Assembly (NCBI GenBank): GCA_017302795.1
Contig: JAFLCB010000003.1
Location: 26,650 to 90,649, forward strand
Length of the DNA stretch: 64,000 nt
From: Deltaproteobacteria bacterium
GTDB taxonomy: Bacteria > Bdellovibrionota > Bdellovibrionia > Bdellovibrionales > JAMPXM01
Direction: 5' to 3'
The notes under the pieces were generated by a model. That model saw only the letters and a list, made by a program, of their open reading frames with translations. It was not told the origin of the DNA and ran no database searches. Shown here piece after piece: positions 8,212-17,345 of this stretch. The first letter of the stretch is position 1, and each line of letters begins with the position of its first letter. The position numbers and the translations under genes were made by a program.

Positions 8212-10425
8212 TTAGCTACGGAGCGACCGGAAGAAAATTTCGGCAAATTTAAGTGCTGTTTGCGGAGCGTGGGCTTTTCGCCAGACTCCTGCTGTGTACT
8301 TTGTCGCTTCAGAATAGGTTGGGTAGGGGTGAATGGTGCCTAGGATTTTCCCCAATCCCAAGCCGTGCTTCATTGCCAATGTGAACTCGGCCAACAGTTC
8401 CCCGGCGTGTGCTCCAACGATAGTTGCTCCTAAAATCTGATCAGAATTTGGCGGCGTCAAAACTTTTACGAAGCCCTCGGCCTTCGAATCCACGATCGCG
8501 CGATCGAGATCATCGAGTTCATACCTTGTGACTTCAAAGGCTATGCCTTTTTCTTTTGCCTCTCGTTCATTCAGTCCGACTCGTGCAACTTCGGGATCGG
8601 TGTAAGTGACGGCGGGGATCACTCGCTCGTCGACTTTGAAACTCCAGTACGGATCAACCAAGGCGTTGACCGACGCATACCATGCCTGATGGGCCGCCGT
8701 GTGAGTGAACTGCCACGGGCCTGCAACATCGCCACAGACAAAAATGTTCGGCATGGATGTTTGCAACGTTTCGCTGCGAGAAATAGTTCCATTCGCTTCG
8801 ATCTCAATTCCCAGCTGTTCAAGCCCAAGGCCCGAAGTGCGCGCGCGCCGACCAAGTGCCACTAAAATACTATCAAATTCTAAGCGGTCCCCATTTTCAG
8901 TGAGGGCTCGCTTTGGAGCAGCCTCTCCTTTTTGAAAGGGGCCAGGTGCTTCGAAGCGAACAATGTTCGTTTGCAGCATCACGCGAACACCATTTTTTTC
9001 TAACGACTTTTGTACGAGGCTCGAAACATCTCTATCTTCTCGGCCTAAAATCGAAGATCCGCGTTCAATCAAAGTGACTTGCGATCCAAGTCTCGAAAAT
9101 GCGAGTGCCAATTCGCAGCCAATGGGACCACCGCCTAAAACCATCATTCGCTTTGGCAGTTCAGCTAGCTGCCACAAGGTTTCGCTCGTTAAGGGACCAC
9201 AATCCCGAAGCCCTTCGATTTCAGGAACGACAGGTGCGGCTCCTGTCGCAATGACGATCGATCTCGAAGTGATAACGCGGGATTTTTTCTGCGCGTCGGT
9301 GACCTCGATCTCCCATGGAGATAAGAGCTTCGCTCGACCGGTTAGGCACTCTACCCCTAGCGCGGTGTAGCGTTCGATAGAGTCGTGAGGTTCGATCGCA
9401 CGAATTTTTTCCTGGACCATGGCCATGACTTTTTGACAGTCGACGGTTTTGGTTTTTAGATCGACGTTGATTCCGTAGGAAGAGCTTGTGTCTACATCAC
9501 GTGCGATTTTCGCAGATTGCAAAATGGCCTTGCTCGGGACGCAACCGGTATTGAGGCAATCACCGCCCATGCGATGTTCTTCAATCAGTGCCACCTTCGC
9601 TTTCGCCACGGCCCCAATGTAACTCGTCACGAGACCTGCGGCTCCTCCGCCGATCGCGATTAAATTGTAATCAAACTTTGGCGGCCGACGAAAGCCATTA
9701 AAGGCGGCGCGACGTTTGTAGATTCGAATCAACAAGCTTGCAATTAGCGGAAAAACTCCAAGTGCCACGAGGCTAGCTAGGATTGTCGGAGAAAGGACTT
9801 CTGAAGGACTGCCGAGAGTCGCAATTTGAGTTCCGGCATTCACGTAGAAAAATGTGCCGGGTAGCATTCCCAATTGGCTCACGAGCGCAAACCGCAATGT
9901 CGAGATACTGGTGAGACCCAAAACAAGATTGACGAGGAAAAACGGAAACACTGGTATCAGCCGAAGAGTGAGAAGGTAAACGATTCCTTCGCGCTTAAGA
10001 CCGTCATTGATTTTTTCCAGAGTGCCACGGAACTTGGCTTCTACGGAAGCGCGCAACAAGTAACGAGTAATCAAAAAACTAAGCGTCGCACCAAGTGTCG
10101 AAGCAAACGAGACGAGGAGTAAACCTTTTCCGAGACCAAAAATCGCTCCACCGGCAAGAGTCAAAACCGTTGCGCCAGGAATAGCCGCCGCGGTAACGAC
10201 GACGTAGGTCGCAAAATAGGTCAGGACAAAAAGCCAAGGCTGGCTTTCAGCTTGAGCCTGAAGCAGATCGCGTTTTGCTTTGAGATTTTCAAAGGTCAAT
10301 TGCGATGTGAGATCACTCGATCGAAGTGCGGCAAAAACCGCCACAAGAATTCCGCCTATGATCAGCCATTTCAACAATGACTTTGCCGTCGAGTGATTTG
10401 TTTGAATTTTCGGCGCGTTAGACAA
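8212..10425 (-). CDS. fusion of a DedA/TVP38-TMEM64 family membrane domain with an FAD-dependent pyridine-nucleotide disulfide oxidoreductase
   Basis: The N-terminal ~230 aa are multi-TM with a DedA-like LRLIPVFPFFLVNLVLG segment. The C-terminal ~480 aa carry the FAD fold IAIGGGAAGLV, the redox-active GGDCLNTGCVPSK, the NAD fold VLGGGPIGCELA and the dimerisation motif IHPYPTYSEA. TTG start at 10425 with GAGAGGA 7 nt upstream. Confidence 0.85.
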   Translation of the reverse strand: MSNAPKIQTNHSTAKSLLKWLIIGGILVAVFAALRSSDLTSQLTFENLKAKRDLLQAQAESQPWLFVLTYFATYVVVTAAAIPGATVLTLAGGAIFGLGKGLLLVSFASTLGATLSFLITRYLLRASVEAKFRGTLEKINDGLKREGIVYLLTLRLIPVFPFFLVNLVLGLTSISTLRFALVSQLGMLPGTFFYVNAGTQIATLGSPSEVLSPTILASLVALGVFPLIASLLIRIYKRRAAFNGFRRPPKFDYNLIAIGGGAAGLVTSYIGAVAKAKVALIEEHRMGGDCLNTGCVPSKAILQSAKIARDVDTSSSYGINVDLKTKTVDCQKVMAMVQEKIRAIEPHDSIERYTALGVECLTGRAKLLSPWEIEVTDAQKKSRVITSRSIVIATGAAPVVPEIEGLRDCGPLTSETLWQLAELPKRMMVLGGGPIGCELALAFSRLGSQVTLIERGSSILGREDRDVSSLVQKSLEKNGVRVMLQTNIVRFEAPGPFQKGEAAPKRALTENGDRLEFDSILVALGRRARTSGLGLEQLGIEIEANGTISRSETLQTSMPNIFVCGDVAGPWQFTHTAAHQAWYASVNALVDPYWSFKVDERVIPAVTYTDPEVARVGLNEREAKEKGIAFEVTRYELDDLDRAIVDSKAEGFVKVLTPPNSDQILGATIVGAHAGELLAEFTLAMKHGLGLGKILGTIHPYPTYSEATKYTAGVWRKAHAPQTALKFAEIFFRSLRS

Positions 10426-10535
10426 TGGAGCGTCCTCTCGTTGTCGACTCTAGGTCGCAGCTGAAACTTTATCGCGATGACCGATAGCACAACAAGCTGT
10501 GTGTTGGCACAAACCGTGATTAATTCCCGGATAAG

Positions 10536-11261
10536 ATGAACTTAAATGCGGACAAAGTAGAAAAATCTTGGCAGGCAGTCCTCGGCGACGAATTTGAAAC
10601 GACCCACATGAAGGCGCTGGGCGATTTCCTTCGCTCTGAAACGGAAAATGGCCTCTCGATATTTCCAGCGGAAAAAGATGTTTTTGCCGCGTTTACCGCG
10701 ACACCCTTCGACAAGGTACGCGTCGTGATCTTGGGGCAAGATCCCTACCATGGAGCCGGGCAGGCGCACGGACTTTCGTTTTCTGTGGAGGCTGGAGTTC
10801 GTCTTCCGCCATCCTTATTGAACATCTACAAAGAGCTCGAATCAGATCTCGGAATACCGCGAGGGAAGTCCGGCAGTTTACGAGAGTGGGCCAATCAAGG
10901 AGTGCTGCTGCTTAATAGCGTGCTGACGGTGAGGGAAAATCAAGCGGCCTCTCATCAAAGACGAGGATGGGAGCAATTTACCGATCGAGCGATCAAAGAG
11001 CTTGCCGACCGCCGAGAGGGAATTGTTTTTATTCTTTGGGGTGCTTACGCACTGAAGAAAGCGGCATTTGTTGATCGGAGTAAGCACCGGGTCATTGAAT
11101 CTGTTCATCCGTCGCCACTGTCGGCATCTCGCGGTTTTTTCGGCAGCCGACCATTTTCAAAAATTAATCAGTACTTCGCGTCTCGAGCTGAACCGCCCAT
11201 CGATTGGGCGGCCCACATCCGGCAAGAAACAGAAAAAGAAAAAAACACCGTCACGGCATAG
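10536..11261 (+). CDS. ung: uracil-DNA glycosylase (family 1)
   Basis: Motifs GQDPYHGAGQAHGLSFSV and HPSPLSASRGF. There is a short K/E-rich C-terminal tail. Confidence 0.93.
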   Translation: MNLNADKVEKSWQAVLGDEFETTHMKALGDFLRSETENGLSIFPAEKDVFAAFTATPFDKVRVVILGQDPYHGAGQAHGLSFSVEAGVRLPPSLLNIYKELESDLGIPRGKSGSLREWANQGVLLLNSVLTVRENQAASHQRRGWEQFTDRAIKELADRREGIVFILWGAYALKKAAFVDRSKHRVIESVHPSPLSASRGFFGSRPFSKINQYFASRAEPPIDWAAHIRQETEKEKNTVTA

Positions 11262-11278
11262 CCGTATCCGGGCGAAAG

Positions 11279-12340
11279 CTATTTGCCCTGCGGAACGACC
11301 ACGGTTCCGTCGAATGCTTCGCCGCCCTTTGCGCCGCCAAGGTTCCGGAAGTGCAAAGTCATTCTGTCCCCTTTGCGCCAACCTCGGATGGATGCTTCCT
11401 TTTGTGCTGGGGTGAAATCAATCGTGATTTCTTTTCCATCCGTGTCGATATAAGTGATATACGCCGTGTTGCCATCGATACTGGATACGGTCGCAGGCAG
11501 TGTATAGCTTTGGGTGCCCCACCAGACATAGCCAAGTGCGCCCGTTGCTGCGGCAGACATCAGCATCATGCCGGTTTTTGTTTTTAAAAAGTTTGGCCGT
11601 GTTGAGGATTGAAGGTCGACACTGCGAATTGGTCCTACGCCTTTCGCACTCGTGATCGGCTGGCCTTGGGAAACAGCTTGTGAGGCCATTTCTGCAGAAG
11701 GTGCGGCGGCAGAAGATACTTTGCTTGCCGCGCCAAGCGGAAACCCGGTGATCGGATCAGCAGGGTTCGCCTCTGCGTATTTACGGAAGCGGCCGGGAGT
11801 TAAAAGCGACGGATTGCCAGCGCCACAACGGGGGCAGCTGACCATTGTTTGGAATGCAGAAGAGTTGCAATATTCGCAGGTCCAGTGCTTTCCGGACCGA
11901 GCATATTTCTTCGTCGCATCCCCATCGCGTGCGAGTGCTTCAGTGTAGATCAGGTGAATTCGGCCGGCGGCATCCGTAAAGTGGTCTGGCAAAATTCTTG
12001 GCTCAAGCCGATCGTCTTTGGAGTGCGGTTTTCCGCAGTTAGGACATTCCTGACTGCCATTTGCGTTGGGCCTTAACGAAACAATACGTTTTTCACCACC
12101 ATCGCGGCACTGCTTGCACTCGTACATGTGCCAAACGTCATCGCCCGGTTTTAAAATGACTTCGATTCGGCCGCTTGGAACTTTTCCGTCAGAAGGAATA
12201 ACGGTAAATGACTGATCGTCGCATTCACTTGCCGCCGCATGATTCGGTGATAGCCCGGAAGAACTGATAAACAAAAATATTCCGAACGCGAGCAATGCTT
12301 TCAGCGCAATATCGCTGAACTGGTTGAATATTTGTTTCAT
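11279..12340 (-). CDS. membrane-associated double zinc-ribbon protein, unknown function
   Basis: 353 aa. N-terminal signal/anchor ALKALLAFGIFLFISSS. There are two CxxC...CxxC units (CKQC...CPNC and CEYC...CPRC), a second hydrophobic segment GMMLMSAAATGALGYVWWG, and a ~75-aa C-terminal domain. The ATG at 12340 overlaps the upstream stop (ATGA). Confidence 0.7.
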   Translation of the reverse strand: MKQIFNQFSDIALKALLAFGIFLFISSSGLSPNHAAASECDDQSFTVIPSDGKVPSGRIEVILKPGDDVWHMYECKQCRDGGEKRIVSLRPNANGSQECPNCGKPHSKDDRLEPRILPDHFTDAAGRIHLIYTEALARDGDATKKYARSGKHWTCEYCNSSAFQTMVSCPRCGAGNPSLLTPGRFRKYAEANPADPITGFPLGAASKVSSAAAPSAEMASQAVSQGQPITSAKGVGPIRSVDLQSSTRPNFLKTKTGMMLMSAAATGALGYVWWGTQSYTLPATVSSIDGNTAYITYIDTDGKEITIDFTPAQKEASIRGWRKGDRMTLHFRNLGGAKGGEAFDGTVVVPQGK

Positions 12341-12906
12341 CGTCCACCTCCGTTAAGCATTCCGTGAGTCATAACGTGGTTTGACTGGGTTGCTCGCGAG
12401 ACGACCGGAAGAAACAGCATCCGGCGGGCCGCTCGTTTTTTATCGTCAGCAATTAAAACACTTCGGCGTTCTTTCATTGTTTTTTCAAGACGCTTGAATT
12501 CGGCCTTTGTGTTTCCTAAGAACGACGAATTCCCGGTTCCCAACGCCGCGACCAGCGGCTTGATTGCAGAATCAAAATCTTGATCAGCACCATACTCGCC
12601 GAAAAACTGAAGACGGGCAGCAAGTGCGGGGAAGACATTCTGCCTTAGAGTCTGGTCTTTCTCAGCCGCAAGGTCAGTCGCCATTGCGCCTACCAAAGCG
12701 CTTCCCGTGGTTGGCTGATCTAAACTTTCGGCAAGATCCAAGACAACCGCACTGACAAGTGTATCGGTAAGCTCTTTGTTCGAATTTCCAATGGCCTTAA
12801 GAATTTGAAGTTTGGATCTCGTCGTTGAAGCAAGCGCGAGTGCTTTTAAGTTTTCCGCGCCACCGACGAACTCAGAACTCTGCTGTTCATGCAAATCGCG
12901 AGGCAT
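12337..12906 (-). CDS. hypothetical protein (predicted helical)
   Basis: 189-aa ORF. Its ATG follows the stop of the upstream 12907-15315 gene with no gap, and its TGA overlaps the downstream ATG. I recognise no motif. Confidence 0.6.
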   Translation of the reverse strand: MPRDLHEQQSSEFVGGAENLKALALASTTRSKLQILKAIGNSNKELTDTLVSAVVLDLAESLDQPTTGSALVGAMATDLAAEKDQTLRQNVFPALAARLQFFGEYGADQDFDSAIKPLVAALGTGNSSFLGNTKAEFKRLEKTMKERRSVLIADDKKRAARRMLFLPVVSRATQSNHVMTHGMLNGGGR

Positions 12907-15315
12907 CTAAGTGACCGTCCCGGATCCTTCGCGCGAGCCGACCGCCGTTACGATAACCGTTCCAAGCTGGTACTTTCGATATATGTCATCGTTTTCTTGA
13001 ATAACTCCGCTTGAGACCATTTCAAGGCTAAACTTCTCGCCTGGAGCGGCTGCTTCCAGCGCCTTACGAAGCTCAGCGGCCCGGATTTCGAATTCGCTAG
13101 ATGACGGTTCGAAAAACGCTTCAATTTCGACGGGAACGACGGTTTTAGTTCCGCGCACATTGGACAAGGGCTTTTCTTTTTTGAGTCGCGCTAAAAATTC
13201 TTTGTAGGGGACGGTTTCGCTCGCTTCCGTTTTTCCAAGGAGGGTAAACAGATGCCGATTTCCATCGGCGACATTGCCGCCGACGAAATAAAATCTTGTT
13301 CCGTTTTCAGCTAGAATTTTTAGGATCTCACTGGAATCAAACTGATCATGTGGAACCGCCGCACGATCGTTATTTTGAAACCGATTGTTCATCACGATGA
13401 TAGTCTTATTTTTATAAAGACTAGCGATCGTCGATCCGGAGGTTAAGTTCTGGAACAAATGAAGAGGTCCTTGGTAGGCAAGATCCCAGACATCGACTTT
13501 CATTCCCAGTTTTTTTGCTAGCCCAAGCCAAGCTAAATATTCCTCTCGCTTGGTCCCACTATTGGTGACCAGCAGCCAGTTTGAGTCTTTATGGCCGCCA
13601 AAGGTTTGCGCGATGGAAAATTTAAAGCTGCGAAGCTGAATCTCTTTTTCGGATCCGTTCGAGCCAAGAGTTTTCAGCGTAGCCCCCGTATGTACATCAA
13701 TAGTTGTGTAGGGAAGGTGGTTGTCGTCGAATTTTAATTTGCCCTTAACAACGAAGCTGGCTCCCGGTGCGAGCAGCGCGATGGATTGGGCAAACGTCGA
13801 AGCGAGTGAGGTGCCATCGAAGCTGATTCCGCCTGGCAGATCTTCGGTCGCAGGACGCCACTGGCGTATCGATGTTGAAAGTGCACGAGCTTCAGCGGAA
13901 CTTATGCCGACAGCGGTTCGGGAAAGGTTTTTTACGGACCACGATACATCTACGATTTCGCCAGGACTTACGGCGTTTCGCTTTGTCTGAAGTGGTGTGA
14001 TCTCAACAGGATAGGAAATGACTAACGTCTTTGGCAGCTGAAGGCCGCGCGGCGTGCGATCAATACGCGTGATTCTTCCAATTGGTACAATCGCTTCCGA
14101 AAGCGCAAGGCGATTTTCTGAAACAGGAAGTTGGTTATCGCGAATTCTGAATCGGAATACTTTCCCCAATGTTGTCGAAGATCGACCGTTCACAGCGGGG
14201 ATTTCGAGTTCGATAGGTTCCGCTGTGATCCAGTTCGAAGCACCTAACGAAAGAAGCGCTTTTGCCTTCCCAGGAATCCAAGGCATATCGCTTTGATTTT
14301 GAACCACGAGATCGGTCACCTCAACAACTTCGCCCGGCTCAAAGACGCCGTTCGCATTTGACTCTCGAAACGAGAAGGAAGTGAGGCGTAGGTCTATGGT
14401 GTCTCGGTAAATCGTAGTTCCGGTAGGTCCACTGACGACGAACTGATAGCTTCCTTTTCCGCCATTGCTTCCGCCAGTGATCGTGCCGCGCCCAGTGGAT
14501 CCGTCGCTGCCATCTGGTCCATCACTAGCGCCAGGCCGACTCTCGTTTCGAGTATCGTCCGTACAATCACCTTTTACGACACGAGAAGAACCATTGCCGT
14601 TGTCTTCAAAGCTATCGGGTGCGCAGGTTTGGGTTCCAGTTTTTTCCGTCCAAGAGGCGCCACTCCCGCCGCGTCCACCGTCGCCGCCTTCGCCTCCGCG
14701 ACCGTTGTATCCTGGGTCGCCGCCTCGGCCGCCTTCAACTTCAAAACCGACAAGCATTGAGAGGTGAAGATCTTCTGCCGCAAGTTTCACGGTGATTTTT
14801 CCACCGGTTCCGCCATCAGACCCGCGTGTTCCGCCTCCGCCGTTGCCGCCGTCTTCGCCACGGCCACCACTTGTCGCCGCTGAGTATTGACTAGCGTCGC
14901 TTCCGCTCGATCCGTCACTTCCATCGCGACCGTCGGCTCCGCGCCCTCCGTTTCCACCGCGCCCGCCATTGGCGCGAAGGTGGAGTGAAACATTCGGAGA
15001 AATTTCGAGACCATCTTGGACACCGCGATTTCCGACAGTTCCAACAATTTGCATGATCGCTTTTCCGCCGCGATCGAGGTCAGATAACGACAATGAAATG
15101 TCTTTGCCGTCTTCTCCGGCCGTCGAAGCTGTGGCACTTCTTCCGCTCCAGCTTTCTCGACTTCCATCACTGCCGTCGCGCCCGGAAGAGTCGTATGAAG
15201 CAGCGTAACTGGAAAATGATTGCGAGAGGATTGAGGTCGCGACAGAAGCCGCGACGATGCCAGTAAGCCATACCTGATGTCGCGCACGGTTCGGGCGTTT
15301 CTTCGTGTTTGTCAC
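12907..15315 (-). CDS. large secreted glycine-rich protein with Ig/CARDB-like repeats and an unknown C-terminal domain
   Basis: The ORF track begins at TTG 15387. I prefer GTG 15315 (GGAGA 5 nt upstream). That start gives the signal-like VTNTKKRPNRARHQVWLTGIVAASVATSILSQSFSSYAAS. About 240 aa of G-[RDNSE]-G low complexity follow (GGRGGNGGRGADGRDGSDGSSGSD, GGRGEDGGNGGGGTRGSDGGTGG, GGRGGDPGYNGRGGEGGDGGRGG). Next come PGE..V...V.N-type beta-sandwich motifs (FEPGEVVEVTDLVVQNQS, VSPGEIVDVSWSVKNLS), then a ~230-aa C-terminal domain (NWLLVTNSGTKREEYLAWLGLAKKLGMKVDVWDL...). Confidence 0.75.
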   Translation of the reverse strand: MTNTKKRPNRARHQVWLTGIVAASVATSILSQSFSSYAASYDSSGRDGSDGSRESWSGRSATASTAGEDGKDISLSLSDLDRGGKAIMQIVGTVGNRGVQDGLEISPNVSLHLRANGGRGGNGGRGADGRDGSDGSSGSDASQYSAATSGGRGEDGGNGGGGTRGSDGGTGGKITVKLAAEDLHLSMLVGFEVEGGRGGDPGYNGRGGEGGDGGRGGSGASWTEKTGTQTCAPDSFEDNGNGSSRVVKGDCTDDTRNESRPGASDGPDGSDGSTGRGTITGGSNGGKGSYQFVVSGPTGTTIYRDTIDLRLTSFSFRESNANGVFEPGEVVEVTDLVVQNQSDMPWIPGKAKALLSLGASNWITAEPIELEIPAVNGRSSTTLGKVFRFRIRDNQLPVSENRLALSEAIVPIGRITRIDRTPRGLQLPKTLVISYPVEITPLQTKRNAVSPGEIVDVSWSVKNLSRTAVGISSAEARALSTSIRQWRPATEDLPGGISFDGTSLASTFAQSIALLAPGASFVVKGKLKFDDNHLPYTTIDVHTGATLKTLGSNGSEKEIQLRSFKFSIAQTFGGHKDSNWLLVTNSGTKREEYLAWLGLAKKLGMKVDVWDLAYQGPLHLFQNLTSGSTIASLYKNKTIIVMNNRFQNNDRAAVPHDQFDSSEILKILAENGTRFYFVGGNVADGNRHLFTLLGKTEASETVPYKEFLARLKKEKPLSNVRGTKTVVPVEIEAFFEPSSSEFEIRAAELRKALEAAAPGEKFSLEMVSSGVIQENDDIYRKYQLGTVIVTAVGSREGSGTVT

Positions 15316-15695
15316 AGAGCTCTCCGTCAAAAAAATGAACGCGTTTGTTGCCGCGATGCCATAAGGCCGCCTGTAGCAGATAGGCAAAGTTCGTTCCCGG
15401 ATTGTAAGGCCTAGCGGGTTGTCGAACTCTTAGACGATGCTTGTACAGGGGTGAGTAAGATTGCACGTCAAAGGGACTGACGAGCAATCGACCTGGCATG
15501 CTCGCCCCGGCCTAAGCCGGCGAATGTCATTCATCAGCGTCGTTCGGCAGTGGAAACAAGCCGGAAACTGTGACTTGCGCGGCTGTGCAACACGTCAATT
15601 AGAGTGCTGGCTTTGACGAGAGTTGAATCATTGAGACAAATTTAGCCTCTGCAGGTAAGCGGGCTGGCAATTAACAAATGCGGGAGGATTTTCGC

Positions 15696-17345
15696 GTGAA
15701 CTTTAAAGCTATCGGTAAGCGTTTTGGACCGGTCGTTATCAAGACTTATGTGGCGTTCGAATTGATTGCTGCTGTCGGCATTGGTCTGGCGGGTCTCGCA
15801 AATCAAGCATCGGCCTCGACGTTTGTTTATTGCTCCGAAGGAAGCCCAAGAACTTTCAATCCGCAAATGGGTTCCGACGGTCCAACTTTCAACGCAAGCT
15901 CGCGGACGATCTATAATCGTCTTGTCGATTTTGAAAAAGGCGGAACGAAGGTCGTGCCGTCACTCGCGGAAAGCTGGTCGACTTCAAAAGATAAACTTCA
16001 AGTAACATTTAAACTTCGCAAGGATGTCGCATTTCAATCGACAGCTTGGTTTAAGCCAACGCGCTCTTTCAATGCCGACGACGTCGTCTTCACATTTAAT
16101 CGCATGCTGAAAAAGGATCATCCGTTTCACACGGTCAATGGCGGAGTGTACGAGTACTTCACTTCGATGGAGATGGATAAGCTCGTTAAAGAAGTAAAGA
16201 AGGTCGATGCGCAAACGGTGACATTCATTTTGTCGCGTCCCGAAACACCGTTCTTGGCGAACATGGCGATGGACTTCGCTTCGATACTCTCCGCTGAGTA
16301 CGGCGACAAATTGGTCGCTGCAAAAACGCTCGAAAAAATGGATCTTGAGCCTGTAGGTACAGGTCCATTTAAATTTGTTCGTTACGAAAAGGATTCGCAA
16401 ATTCGTTTCGAAGCGCACGAAGGTTATTTTGAAGGAAAGTCGAAAATCGAAAAATTGGTTTTTGCAATTACGACGGATCCAAGTGTCCGGGCACAAAAAC
16501 TGAAGCGCGGCGAATGTCAGTTTGTTGCTGAACCTTCGGTTCTTGATCTTCCGTCGTTGAAAAAAGAAATTAAAGTTTCTGTGATCGAACAAGAAGGTCT
16601 CAACGTTGGATACTTGGCTTTAAACGTAGAAAAGAAACCTTTCGGTGATAAGCGAGTGCGCGAGGCGATCGCAAAGGCACTGAACCGAAAAACCTATCTC
16701 GATGCGATTTATCAAGGCCAGGCGACTGTTGCAGTAAACCCGATCCCGCCATCAATGTGGTCTTACAATAAAACAATCAAGGACACCGCGTTCGATACAG
16801 CGGCCGCAAAGCAGTTGTTAGCTGATGCCGGGTTTCCCAATGGTTTTGAAACGACTCTTTGGTACATGCCTGTTTCTCGCCCATACAATCCCAATGCGAA
16901 AAAGATGGCGGAAATGATGCAGGCGGATCTCGCGTTAATTGGAGTAAAGGCAAAGCTCGTATCTTACGAGTGGGGCACTTACCTCGATAAAGCCCGCAAA
17001 GGCGAACACGACATGCTTTTGATCGGCTGGACGGGCGACAATGGCGATCCCGACAATTTCTTGGGCACGCTTCTTAGCTGTGCTGCCGTTAAAGGTGGTT
17101 CGAACTATGCTCGCTGGTGCAACAAAGAGTTCGATAAGCTTGTGACCGATGCGCGCCAGGCGCCAGACCAAGCGACACGTACAAAGCACTACATGAAGGC
17201 TCAAGAAGTTTTCAAACGTGAGCTTCCTTGGGTGACCTTGGCTCACGCGAAAGCTTTCCGTGCGATGGAAAAGCGAGTGACCGGTTATTCGATGTCACCG
17301 TTCGGTACTGACTACTTTTACGGCGTTGATGTTCAGAAGAAATGA
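15696..17345 (+). CDS. ABC transporter substrate-binding protein, peptide/nickel (family 5, DppA/OppA-like)
   Basis: ~550-aa family-5 SBP-like sequence (...FVYCSEGSPRTFNPQ..., ...YMPVSRPYNPNAKKMAEMMQADL...). GTG 15696 has GGGAGG 8 nt upstream and gives a signal-like N-terminus ending ...GLANQASA. The ORF-track ATG 15678 is 6 codons upstream. Confidence 0.9.
   Translation: MNFKAIGKRFGPVVIKTYVAFELIAAVGIGLAGLANQASASTFVYCSEGSPRTFNPQMGSDGPTFNASSRTIYNRLVDFEKGGTKVVPSLAESWSTSKDKLQVTFKLRKDVAFQSTAWFKPTRSFNADDVVFTFNRMLKKDHPFHTVNGGVYEYFTSMEMDKLVKEVKKVDAQTVTFILSRPETPFLANMAMDFASILSAEYGDKLVAAKTLEKMDLEPVGTGPFKFVRYEKDSQIRFEAHEGYFEGKSKIEKLVFAITTDPSVRAQKLKRGECQFVAEPSVLDLPSLKKEIKVSVIEQEGLNVGYLALNVEKKPFGDKRVREAIAKALNRKTYLDAIYQGQATVAVNPIPPSMWSYNKTIKDTAFDTAAAKQLLADAGFPNGFETTLWYMPVSRPYNPNAKKMAEMMQADLALIGVKAKLVSYEWGTYLDKARKGEHDMLLIGWTGDNGDPDNFLGTLLSCAAVKGGSNYARWCNKEFDKLVTDARQAPDQATRTKHYMKAQEVFKRELPWVTLAHAKAFRAMEKRVTGYSMSPFGTDYFYGVDVQKK

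Noticed and set aside
14465-15287. Several long alternative-frame and antisense ORFs (14465-14767 +, 14574-14783 -, 14787-15287 -, 14969-15208 +) inside the glycine-rich gene.
   Set aside because: They are a by-product of the GGN/GAN-rich repetitive codons, which leave other frames free of stops. Their translations are Pro/Ser/Ala/Arg low complexity with no start context.
12907-15315. Calling the glycine-rich protein an RTX toxin or a collagen-like protein.
   Set aside because: The GGxGxD-like strings lack the hydrophobic position and 9-residue periodicity of RTX repeats. There is no regular G-X-Y triplet run. There are no T1SS genes nearby and no C-terminal secretion-signal pattern that I can recognise.
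15984-16592. 202-aa antisense ORF inside the substrate-binding protein gene. Similar long antisense or alternative-frame ORFs lie at 17212-17751, 17908-18372, 51955-52545, 55003-55533 and 56928-57542.
   Set aside because: All lie entirely within strongly supported genes. They have Arg/Phe/Lys/Cys-rich, composition-driven translations and no start signals.
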